Positions 1 through 10,445 of a stretch of 64,000 nt of DNA are shown one piece after another; the first letter of the stretch is position 1, and each line of letters begins with the position of its first letter. The notes beneath the pieces were generated by a model that worked only from the letters and a program-made list of their open reading frames with translations, was not told the origin of the DNA and searched no databases. This stretch comes from Callorhinchus milii (lineage: Eukaryota), in NCBI RefSeq assembly GCF_018977255.1, contig NW_024704743.1:44394001-44458000 (forward strand). Direction: 5' to 3'. A program made the translations under genes and the position numbers.

Positions 1-129
1 TGGGTTCCTACTTACTGCTAGATAAACAGAGGCGTGTGGAAAAAGGAAACTTGCCCAACATTTTGCCCTGCCCAGAATTGGACCCAGGTCTCTCGGTTGC
101 AAGGCGAGTGTTCTAACCTCTGAGTTACA
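1..129 (-). mobile_element. tRNA-headed SINE (family B, long form), 5' part
   Basis: The reverse complement gives the tRNA-like head followed by TTGGGCAAGTTTCC...CCACACGCCTCTGTTTATCTAGCAGTAAGTAGGAACCCA. Confidence 0.8.
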
Positions 130-1046
130 ACCTTTAGTTTAATGGCTAAATGCAAGGATTATTATTATTATTATTGTTATTATTATCTGAGCTGACTTCG
201 AGTCAGAGCCAAGGTCTGATGGTGTACATAGGCTCTCCTGGAAAAAACGAACCTTATGTCCTGAGGTGCTTTAAGCAGCATGGAGGTGCTATTTCCACTC
301 CTGCCTTTCCGACAGCTTTTTTCAACTCCAAAGACCGTAATACAAAGATTCACAAGCTGTGAAAGTTGACACGAAAGAACAAAGACTCATGGTTTGCAAT
401 TGTCTGAGTTCAACAACTGAATTAACAAACAACCTTCCAGTGTGTTGACACTAATCAGATAAAAGCTGAAGAAAGATAGCCTCATAAACTTTCCTCCCTA
501 TTGGGAAGGGGATGCTTCCCTGACCCATGAAGAAATCCTACACTCAGCTATAAATCCAAAATGTGGAGCCCAATTAAGAGAGCAAGTGACAGTAACAAGT
601 GGTTGTGTGTTATCAGTTCACAAGATGTTTGCAAACCTCAAAAATACTCAACTGGATTTTTGGCGTGTCTTGGCAAAGACAGATGAGTCAACTCACCTAA
701 TATAATGGCTTTGCTTTGGAATTTTAAGGCATGCAAGTCAGTATATTTTATCTTATTGCAGTTGAGAAGACATGCACAGATAAGAGAGAAGAGAGAGGAG
801 AATGGGAAAGAGAGAGAAGATTTTGCAGAAAAAGTGATAAGTGCAGTAAGAGTGCAAAACCGTGTTATAGAAAGAGAAAGGAAAGACGAGTAGATTGTAT
901 CAGAACTCATTATAAGGGCAGCAAATGTGAATAGGAAATGCAGGAACATTTATTTTCATAAAAGAAAACGTGACAGGCATGTGGAACAAACTCCCAGCAC
1001 AGTTGATGGAAAAAGGAACTGCAAAAATAAGGGAACTAAATACATT

Positions 1047-1452
1047 GCTGGATTTGGGTTATTAAGCCAAGGTTTGGAGACCCTAGAATTTGCAATGGGG
1101 TACTGCTGGAGTCTAACCAGCTAAAATCGCATTGCTTGCCATTGATATTGCTGTCCAGGGAGCTTTCCCGCTGCTTGTCCAGCTAGGACCACCCTACCCG
1201 TTAGGGCTTTGGCTTACAGGGTTAACAGGAGCTGAGTGGGATGACTCCCTGCCCCCAGTGACTAGTCTGCCCTTCTAGGTCCTACCAATGAGCCAGGCTG
1301 GCTGTTCTATCATCAGCAGTGCCCTGGAATACTGCAGACCTGCTTGGCTCAGGAACATGACAACTGAGACTGCCACAGAAGGCTGGCTCAATTCTGACAT
1401 TCCGTTGCCAGGCATGTCACCTTGGAGTTCAGCTTCAAGGAGACCCTGCTTA
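1047..1452 (+). repeat. Unclassified dispersed repeat (family C), copy 1
   Basis: Aligns by eye with 4945-5245 over about 300 bp (e.g. CTGCTTGTCCAGCTAGGACCAC, GGAGCTGAGTGGGATG, GTGCCCTGGAATACTGC). Confidence 0.85.
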
Positions 1453-1544
1453 TAAAAATCTAAGATTCGGTTCTGACAAGGCTGAGAGAGAGAGTGTTCT
1501 CCAGAAGTCAGGGAGGTGTTTAGGCTCAAGCATGCTACTACAGC

Positions 1545-2000
1545 ACAAAACAATTTACATTTATGTAGTGCCTTTCACTTTGGGAGGGTGACCCAAAACG
1601 CTTTACGCTGAGCATCTGAGCTGGAAGGATGGGAGCTGAAGAGGATGGAGAGGGGAAAGCTGAGTGAAAGTGTGTTGACAGAGGTATGTTTTGAGGTGGG
1701 CTTTGAGTGAGGTAGGGGAGGAAGCAAGTTAGAGTGATGCTGGGTGGAATTCCAGAGTGGGAGCAGAATGGCTGAAAGCTCACCCGCCAATGGTGGGCAG
1801 GATAGGGTGGGGAGTTGTAGCAAGCCAGTGTTTGCTGAAGGACAGGAGCGGACAGGTAGGTAGGGCAATAGGAGATCACAGAAGTAAAGTGGGGCAAGGC
1901 CGTGAAGGGATTTAAAGATGAGAATCAAGATCTTGAATTTGATTCACTGGGGAAATGAAAACCAACAGAGCCGAGTGACACTCAGGATGATAGGCTCACA
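1545..2000 (-). mobile_element. L2 LINE 3' fragment
   Basis: Minus frame ILIFKSLHGLAPLY.CDLL resembles the L2 ORF2 C-terminus; the L2 tail is at the left end. Confidence 0.8.
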
Positions 2001-2670
2001 GAGCCTGCTAGGGGAAGTGATTCAGGCTACAGAGTCTGGGTAGTCTACACCTTGTGTTGGAAAGAGCTGTTTAAAATCAGGGCAAAAATGGTGGCATGTT
2101 TTTGACAATGTGATCATGTACCCCATATTTCCCTCCCATTGGTACTAAATCATGTCGTCAGGTCTAATGAAAAGCACCTGTAAAGGATACTTGACATATT
2201 TAAGAAACATCTTGATGCTGCGATGGGAAGATGCTGGGGTGTCTATTCTGGAAAGATGTGATCAAATCAGCCAAAGGGCTTTCTTCATCTGAACCTCTCT
2301 TGTGATCTTGGGAAACCACTGGCATTGGCAGGAAGGCACTATCAGAGTTTTTGAAGTGCTCCGAGACACCGCCCGGCATGAAGAGCGCTATATAAATACA
2401 AGTTGTTGTTGTTGTCGAAGTGGAGATTGCAAATGACCGGGCAGGGATGCAGGTGAGACACACAAGGTTAGCCAATACTCCAGAGCTGGAAGCTTATGTT
2501 CATATGCTAAAAGGTCAGATAATATTGCTCACAACATCACAGGGTTAAAGCTGAAGACAAGTGCTGGTTTGTTATCACTCCCTCTTGGTGGATGAACAAT
2601 CTAACACTTGGTGACTTTTGCTTCACAATGATAGCAAGAAGCAACTTAATATGAAATATTATTGTTAATA

Positions 2671-2916
2671 AGCATAGAGATGCACACACACAGACCACAG
2701 CATAGAGACACACACACATACACAGACCACAGCATAGAGACACACACACACACACAGACCACAGCATAGAGACACACACAGACCACAGCATAGAGACACA
2801 CACACACTGTTCACAGCAAAGAGACACACACAGACCACAGCGTAGAGACACACACGCGCACACACAGATCACAACATAGAGATACACATACACACACACT
2901 GACCACAGCATAGAGA
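2671..2916. repeat. Minisatellite: GACCACAGCATAGAGA + variable (CA)n, about 8 units of 24-34 bp
   Basis: The core recurs at about 2672, 2700, 2732, 2764, 2788, 2816, 2840, 2874 and 2908. Confidence 0.95.
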
Positions 2917-3235
2917 TAATAATAATAATAATCCTTGCATTTGATATAGCGCTTTCCACGTCAGGAGGACATCCCAAAGCGCTTCACAGAACACACTGTA
3001 AAGTGAATTGACTGTATATTTGTGGTCGAACGCGGCAACCAATTGCGCACAGTAATGTCCCACAAACAGTAGTAGATTGAAAATGACCAATTTATTATTG
3101 TTTTGGGTTTTGGAGGGATTATTATTAGGCGTGTGGAGTAAGGAAACTTGCCCAAGGTTTTGCTCTGCCTGGAATTGAACTCAGGTCTCTCGCTTGCAAA
3201 GCGAGTGCTCTAACCACTGAGCTACAGGACTCCAC
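2917..3235 (-). mobile_element. SINE family B, short form, full length
   Basis: GTGGAGTCCTGTAGCTCAGTGGTTAGAGC head with A/B boxes, body, L2-like tail and (ATT)n end. Nearly identical to 4329-4648. Confidence 0.92.
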
Positions 3236-3939
3236 GATAACCTCATAACTATGGGGCTTTAAGAGTGAACCCAGCTAATAGTGAGATATTACTTACTGAA
3301 TGATTTAATCTTCATAAACATCAATCTAGTGAATAATGTAATTTAGGTATACTATCTTGTATCTGTTCAGTTCTTGATACCCAGTGGGAAGTAAAGAGTT
3401 AAATTGCCAATTGCTATTGCACATTTTGCACTGACAGCTTCAAACCTCTTGGGAAGTAAAGAGTTAACTCTCTCGCTGAGGCAATGTGTTTAGGCTGTGT
3501 TTAGCTTCTGCTACTTTAATTTAACTGAGTAGAGCTTTGGGTTTAAGGCTGCTCGATGTCCTCTTTTGTCACACAAATAAATAACATCCAAAACATAGAG
3601 CATATAAAATAAACAATCTCAAATCCACTTTCTTTACACCACAATTGGCATCAGTGCCCCAGGTCTAGGAAGGGAAAAAAAGCTTAAGGTCCTCACTGCT
3701 GTATGAAATCCCATTAACTCTATTGTAAAGTGCTTGTGTTTGAGGTTCACAATGGTCTCAAAATATACAGTTAATTATTCACTTTACAGTATATTTTGTG
3801 AAGCGTTTTGAGACATCTTGAAAACATGATAAGACGATATATCAAATGCAAGGATAATTATTATTAAGATTGTTGTCCAAAAAGCTAAAATCATGCATAA
3901 TTTTGAAAAGATCACAAATTCAGTCTGAAGATTGAAGTA

Positions 3940-4328
3940 CAATACAATTTGCACCTTTCACATCAAGAGGACATCTCAAAGCACTTGACAATTCTGACTG
4001 GGCAATGGAGCTCCATGTGGGAACTGTGGGAGGTGAGGAGGGGAAAGATGACTGAAAGCACAGTGAAAGAGAGGAAGGAGGGAGCTAGTCGAAAGGACCT
4101 GGGAATGGAATTCCAGGGAGTGGGTGCTAAGTGGCTGAAAGCCTGCCCCGATGGTAGAACTGGTAGAGCATGGGAATGTGGAGTAGACTGGTGTCAGCCA
4201 AGTGAAAGGAACAGCCGGGTTGGTAAAGGTGAAGAAAATGCCAGAGGTATAGTGGGGAAAGACTACGAAGGGATTCCAATGTGAGAACAAAGATCTTGAA
4301 CTCAATCCGCTGGGGCATCAGTGGAGTC
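3940..4328 (-). mobile_element. L2 LINE 3' fragment (diverged)
   Basis: QRIEFKIFVLT motif, CTGGAATTCCATTCCC-like 3' segment and tail. Confidence 0.7.
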
Positions 4329-4648
4329 AATAATAATAATAATAATAATAATCCTTGCATTTGATATAGCGCTTTTCACGTCGGGAGGACGTCCCAAAGC
4401 ACTTCACAGAACACACTGTAAAGTAAATTGACTGTATATTTGTGGGCGAACGTGGCAGCCAATTGTGCACAGCAATGTCCCACAAACAGTCGTAGATTGA
4501 AAATGACCAATTTATTATTGTTTTTGGTTTTGGAGGGATTATTATTAGGCGTGTGGAGTAAGGAAACTTGCCCAAGGTTTCGCCCTGCCGGGAATTGAAC
4601 TCAGGTCTCTCGCTTGCAAAGCGAGTGCTCTAACCACTGAGCTACAGG
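4329..4648 (-). mobile_element. SINE family B, short form
   Basis: Near-identical to 2917-3235; abuts the L2 fragment at 3940-4328. Confidence 0.92.
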
Positions 4649-4770
4649 CATTGAAAGTGTTTATGTTCGTAGTTCTTAAAGAGATGGAGACTGAACGTGG
4701 TTGTGATAATCCATTAGATTTTAAGTAGACTGTGCAGTCTCAGCAATGAAGAATAGTCACTTGGGTGAGA

Positions 4771-5245
4771 TGCTGGATTTTTTTTGGGTCAGCCAGGTGT
4801 CTGACATGTGCAGAAACCCATGCTCAAGAATATCCAAACCAAGCTGAGATTTCCATGCATCCCCCTACACATGGAAATCCTAGAGTTAGATTGTTGGAAT
4901 GGTATTCACACTCTACCTGAAAGGAAGCATCCTTTGTGTGTATTGGGGTACTGCTAGAGTCTCACAGGTTAAACCACAAAGATTGCATTGATATTGCTGT
5001 CTAGCAAGCTTTCCCTCTGCTTGTCCAGCTAGGACCACTCTACCCATTAGGGCTTTGGCTCGCAGGGTTAGCAGGAGCTGAGTGGGATGGCTCCCTGCCC
5101 CCAGTGACTGGATGCCATTCCAGGTCCTGCCGATGAGCCAGGCTGGCTGTGTTGTCATCAACAGTGCCCTGGAATACTGCGTACCTGTCTGGCTCAGGAA
5201 TCGGACTACTGAGGCCACCACGGAGTGTTGGCTCGATTCTGACAG
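4771..5245 (+). repeat. Unclassified dispersed repeat (family C), copy 2
   Basis: Matches 1047-1410; its 5' part matches 27905-28020. Confidence 0.85.
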
Positions 5246-8069
5246 CCTTTATCAAGCATAAAGTATAGGAATGGGAAAGGATTCTTCAGTCCAGCTTGCT
5301 TCACAGTTTAGGCTTTGTACAAGAGCAGTTCACATCATTGTTTCCCAGTTGACACCTCTCTCCTGAAGATGATGGCTCATGCTGCAGAGGGTTCCACAGA
5401 TGTTGGCTTCCTTCCACTGTCTTGACCAAATAAGCACTTGTCATATGTGAAACTGGACTGTCAGGAGCACGAGGGTAAATTTCAGTCAGGCTTGTTCACC
5501 TCCAGACTCCACTTCTCTCTCCACCCTCTGCAAGTTCCAGACGATCCAGAACTCTGCAATCCTCCTGCATTCTCTCCCACACAAAGATCTGCAACCCCAT
5601 CACCCCCATCCTCATCCAGTTTCCTATCCCTCAGCAAATCAACTAGAAAATCTTCATCCCAACCCTCAAATACTTCCATGACTCTGCCAGCTCATTTGAC
5701 CCTACTGGCCCAGCTATTCCCTTCACTCTAACCTCCCACGTGCTCCCACCCGCTCCCTCAGCCCCAGCATTAGTGGGTGAGCTCCCTCCCTCTGGAACTC
5801 TCTTAATAACAATAATAATAATATAATATAATAATAATAATAATCCTTGCATTTGATATCGCGCTTTTCACATCTTCTAGACGTCTCAAAGCGCTTCACA
5901 GAATATACTGTAAAGTGAATTGACTGTATACTTGTGGGCGAAACATTTATTTGCCTCACCCGGCCCCCCAGCCCACCCAGATTTCAAAATAGATCAAAAA
6001 GGCCTGACTCTTTGGCTACACTATTGGTCATCTTCCCGCTCCCCATTCCACCCGCCCCACAACCTCCCCATCTCTCTCTCGATTCAGACTTTCTCTCCAT
6101 CCTAGCAAAGCACTATGCAAATTGTTGTTGTTGTATTCAAAATATAAAAGCAGAGCAGTGGATTTGCCCTGGATTCACTAGCAGTAGATTTATATACCTC
6201 TGCAGGGAAAAATAAAACTGCTCCATTCATACAAAATGTATTAGACTCTACTGTGATGTAACCCCATGAAATGGTTATTTATTCATAACTCTTCCCATCA
6301 TCCCTCTCGTCAATTTAGAGACATAATCACAAAAACAAATGTCTTGTTACTAATTTGCAAAATATACTGTCAAACAGTTCTTTACGACACCCCCTCCCCC
6401 CCCGCCGCACCCCCCCACCCCCCCCCACACACACACACACATAGACACACTCACACTCGCCCACAATGAGATTAGGCCAGCAAACTGCTTGAGGTAGATA
6501 GAGGAGGATTCTGAGTTTTCACCTCCCAGAGCTTCGATCTTTCATTATTTGCCGCCCTTGGGAGATTAAAGGAATACACTTGGGAAAACTCACTGAAAAT
6601 TTAATTTGGAACCTTAAAGCGTGAGGCAATCTTTAAAGTGAACCCACAAAGAGGCAAATATTGCCTTCCTATTTTGATTTTTAACCCATCGGCCACTGTT
6701 TCCACACAATGGGCTGGTTGTGATCATCATGTTCAATTTGCAGTGAAGGTTATCCAGGGATACGGAAAATTAAAATAAGTGCAGGTGCTTTTAACCAGGA
6801 TGTTTGGACTTAGAAACTTTGAAATATTAGGGCAGGGTTCACAAATGCATTGTTTGTGATCTGTGCTGACCCAGGAGCAATCCTTTAAGTAAATTAAGGA
6901 TAGCCTATGGCTGGGCAAATTATATGTAGCATGCTGAAGGTAGCAATATCTATTGGCTAAACAGTCCTTTCTGATTTCCAACACTTGCTTTCCAGTCTGA
7001 CAGTTATAAATATGGGAGCTGCCAGGTTTACTTGGCACGAAGCAGCTCCTCAGGCCTTATCGTTTATGTGATAACCATTTATTGCCTTGTAAACTCAGCA
7101 ACTCCAATGTGCGGCATAGCAATTAAGCAGGACGCCTCTTCTGCTGGTTAAATAGTGCCCTGTTAATGAGCATGCACTGAATGCTTTGCTCTGATATTAG
7201 TTCTGTCCTTATATATTCTACAACTTGTGCTGAATGTATAAAAGAAATGCCTGCTCTTCTCAAAAGGGATTAAAGTTAGAAAAAAAATTTAAAAATCTTA
7301 TAATGTATTTGTTTGTTGTTAAATTGCCCAGAACATGGAATTCTTATTCAGAGAATGGAGCACTAAAGAGAAAAATTTTTTCATTTTGGTCCCAAATCCA
7401 CCACAGGCTCTTGCGACAGCTTATGAGTAAAGGTACTGTATGGTGTAATATAGGGCTTCCCAGGTGTCAGTCGGGCTCACTTGGTATCCCTCTAGTCTCT
7501 GAATCCATCCGATTCTCTCCCTCCTCTCGTTCAAGGCCCATCTCAAAACCTTTTCTATGTTCTCTCGGCCCTCTCAGCTGCCACCCTCAGCTGTGGTGCT
7601 TAGCCAGCGCCGTCAACACTTTAAGACATCCTCCCTATGTGAAAGGCGCTATACAAGTATATATTTTATTGGATCAGAAGGTTGTGGGTTCAATTCCTAT
7701 ATTGAGATCTAAGCTCCTAGTCTAGGCTGCCAATTCAATGTAGTACTGGTAGATCGCTGCATTGTTGGAGGTGCTAAACTTTGGATGAGATGTTAAAGCG
7801 AGGCCCTGACTGATTCGTGCCTTCCCTTACACGGAGGTTCATCTCAATTATAGCTCCACTCATTCTTACCTGGCTGAGATCAGCTAACTCATCGCAGACT
7901 GAAATTCAAACCTTTGGCCCAGAGCTCACCATATTACCCATTAGGCAGAGCTCCACAAATTGCTTTTAACAGTTGTATAATCTATAACTCTTATTGCATT
8001 GTTTTCTTCGTGAGTCAGACTGAAACAGAAGTGACCTAATCATGTTCATTAAAAGATTATTTGTGTTCC

Positions 8070-8490
8070 AGTCTGACTCAGTTGGTAGCTTTCTTACCTC
8101 TGAGTCACAAGTTGTGGGTTCATCAAGCGCCACATCAAGACTTTGAATTCACAGCCCAGGCTGACACTCCAGTTTTGCGCTGGGCTGCTCTGTTGGAGGT
8201 ACCATCGTTCAGATGAGAAATTAAACTAATTTTCTGTCTGCCTGTTCAGGTGGCATTAAAATCCTATGGCAGTAATTCAAAAAGGGAAGGCCAATTCCCC
8301 CAGGGTCCTGGCCAACAATCCCCCATATAAAATTGGTCATTCATTTCATTGCTGCCTCTGGGACATTGCTTTGCATGAAATGTTTGCTGCATTTGCCTAC
8401 AGTCTACATACACGTCTCAGAATAAAAATCCTGCGATGTGTTTTGATAACTTGTTAAGTGCTACATCAAATGCAAGGATTATTATCATTT
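8070..8490 (+). mobile_element. SacSINE1-like DeuSINE (family A)
   Basis: CTCAGTTGGTAGC...CCTCTGAGTCA head; Deu-like motifs TGTTGGAGGTACC..TTCAGATGAGA and GTCCTGGCCAAC; L2-like tail. Confidence 0.8.
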
Positions 8491-9537
8491 TATTTTCACA
8501 AGGCTTCTCTTAAAGCATTTATGTTCTGTGGATCCAGTGTCCTATATTATGAACACCCAGCTTCTGGCTTTTGATGCTAAAAAATAGCTGACTTCTGGGT
8601 AATTGGATCGATGTTGATGTCACTTTCTGTGTGTTGTGCATATATGCACTATGCATAGGTTGCAGCTCTAATGTCATTTCCAGTGCATTGCTAATCCATA
8701 TTATGCACAGGAAACACTAGTGATGTCACTCCGCACAGGAATTGACATCAGCGGCGACCTGACAGTCAAGAAATTATCCACTGTTGGCCTTTGCTGCAGC
8801 CTATGATATGTTGGACTAGGCAACTGAGTTATATCAGGGGTTTGGTTGCACTGTATTAAACCAGAGACCAGACAAATTACAAGGTCACAGATTACTGGTC
8901 TGTGGCAAAATCAGCCAGAAATCACCCACTCCTGATCATTATCCAATGATTCTTATCGCAAAGTATGTATATATGATTGTCAAGTGAGGATAGGATTGAG
9001 TTTGACTGTGATTCTCACCCATCCCCCAAGCCAAAATATGTTGCCTACACTCATTGTCTGAGCTCATACATGAGGAATGGCTGAGTCTGTACAGCAATAC
9101 CATACCAGGTGGTACATTTCCCTGCGGGGCCCTCAGGGAGTCATTTCTGTCCTTTGTTTTTAATACCCTGAGGCTTCCGAATCCTAAAAAAAGAGCTGAG
9201 AGATTAAAGCAGCTCCGGATCACTGATCATTGAGTGAAGTGGGGACATTTTGAATGTGTATCTAGCAGATGTGAGTCAAAGCACACACAGAGAGTGCAGC
9301 AAAAAGAGGTTAATTGATTCTTGTCCTTTTGATTTGGGTACAGAACAACTGCTACTACTAATAATAATAATCCTGGCCTTTCAATTTGGGGGGACATCTC
9401 AAAGCGCTTCACAGGATGCACTGTACCTAGGGGTACACACAGCAATATTCCACAAACAGTCACAAAGTGAATGATCAATTTTACCTAGGGGATTGTTTTT
9501 CATCCGTTGGTGGTGGTTCTTCGGACGTAAGCCATGA

Positions 9538-10445
9538 CAACAACAACAACAACAACAACAAGATTCCATTTATTGAGCGCCTTTCATGTCGGGAGGACGT
9601 CCCAAGGCGCTGTACAGTTGGGTCAGGACCCTAGCAAGGGGGAAATGGTCAGGGTGAGGGGAGGGAAGGGAGGGAGCAAGGAGGAGGTAGAGAGTTGAGA
9701 GGGGAGCTGAAGGTACGGTCAAAGAGAAAGGTCTTGAGACCGGCCTTGAAGGAGGAAAGGGAGGAGGCGGCGAAGGCACTGGGGGATGGAGTTCCAGAGC
9801 CTCGGGGCTGAGAGGCTGAAGGCCCGGCCACCGATGGTAGGGCGGTTGGGGCGGGGGATGTGGAGCAGACCGGAGCCAGAGGAACGGAGGGTACGGGCAG
9901 GTAGGTAGGGGGATAGTAGGTCAGAGAGGTAGGAGGGAGCAAGGCCGTGAATGGCCTTGTAGGTGAGGATGAGGATCTTGAATTCGATCCTCTGGGGGAT
10001 GGGGAGCCAGTGTTTCAGCAGCGTGAGGGGTGAGGTAGTGCCATAGTCTGGCGACATTCCGGAGGTGATGGAAGGCGGTGCCAGTTGTGGTGCGGATATG
10101 AGGGAGAAAGGACAGCTCAGGGTCGAACAGAACCCCGAGGTTCCTGACCGGCTTTGAGGGGTGGAGAGTGCAGCCTTGGATGCTGATGGTGTCAGCGCCT
10201 GAGGTGCGGAGGCGCTGACGTGAGCCAATCAGGAGGGACTCAGTTTTACGCACGTTGAGCTGAAGAAAGTTGTCTCTCGTCCAGGACTCGATGTCGGACA
10301 GGCAGGCTGTCAGGACATCGGTGGTCGTGGAGTTGAGGGTAGAGGAGGAAAGGTAGAGTTGGGTGTCATCCGCATACATGTGGAAGTTAACCCCATGTCT
10401 GCGGATGATGTCACGAGGGGGAGCATATAGAGGGTGAAGAGGACA
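9538..10445 (-). mobile_element. L2 LINE 3' portion with RT catalytic motif and an internal deletion
   Basis: IIRRHGVNFHMYADDTQLY, FLQLNVRKTE, VRNLGVLFD, HWLPIPQRIEFKIL; (GTT)n tail. Confidence 0.93.

Noticed and set aside
150..362. ORFs with signal-peptide-like MQGLLLLLL and the recurring KCKDYYYY peptides
   Set aside because: They are translations of the SINE tail ATGCAAGG(ATT)n, repeated throughout the window.
2671..2916. Repeat-spacer pattern resembling a CRISPR array
   Set aside because: The spacers are just (CA)n, the context is eukaryotic and there are no cas genes; this is a minisatellite.
3160..3235. tRNA-Ala gene (also at 4579, 14920, 34179, 53347, 63724)
   Set aside because: Each runs directly into a SINE body and tail with no poly-T terminator and has a mismatched acceptor end; these are SINE heads.
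1047..5245. Full LTR retrotransposon bounded by the two family C copies
   Set aside because: No PBS, PPT, gag/pol remnants or clear TG..CA termini; the interior is ordinary L2/SINE-containing DNA.
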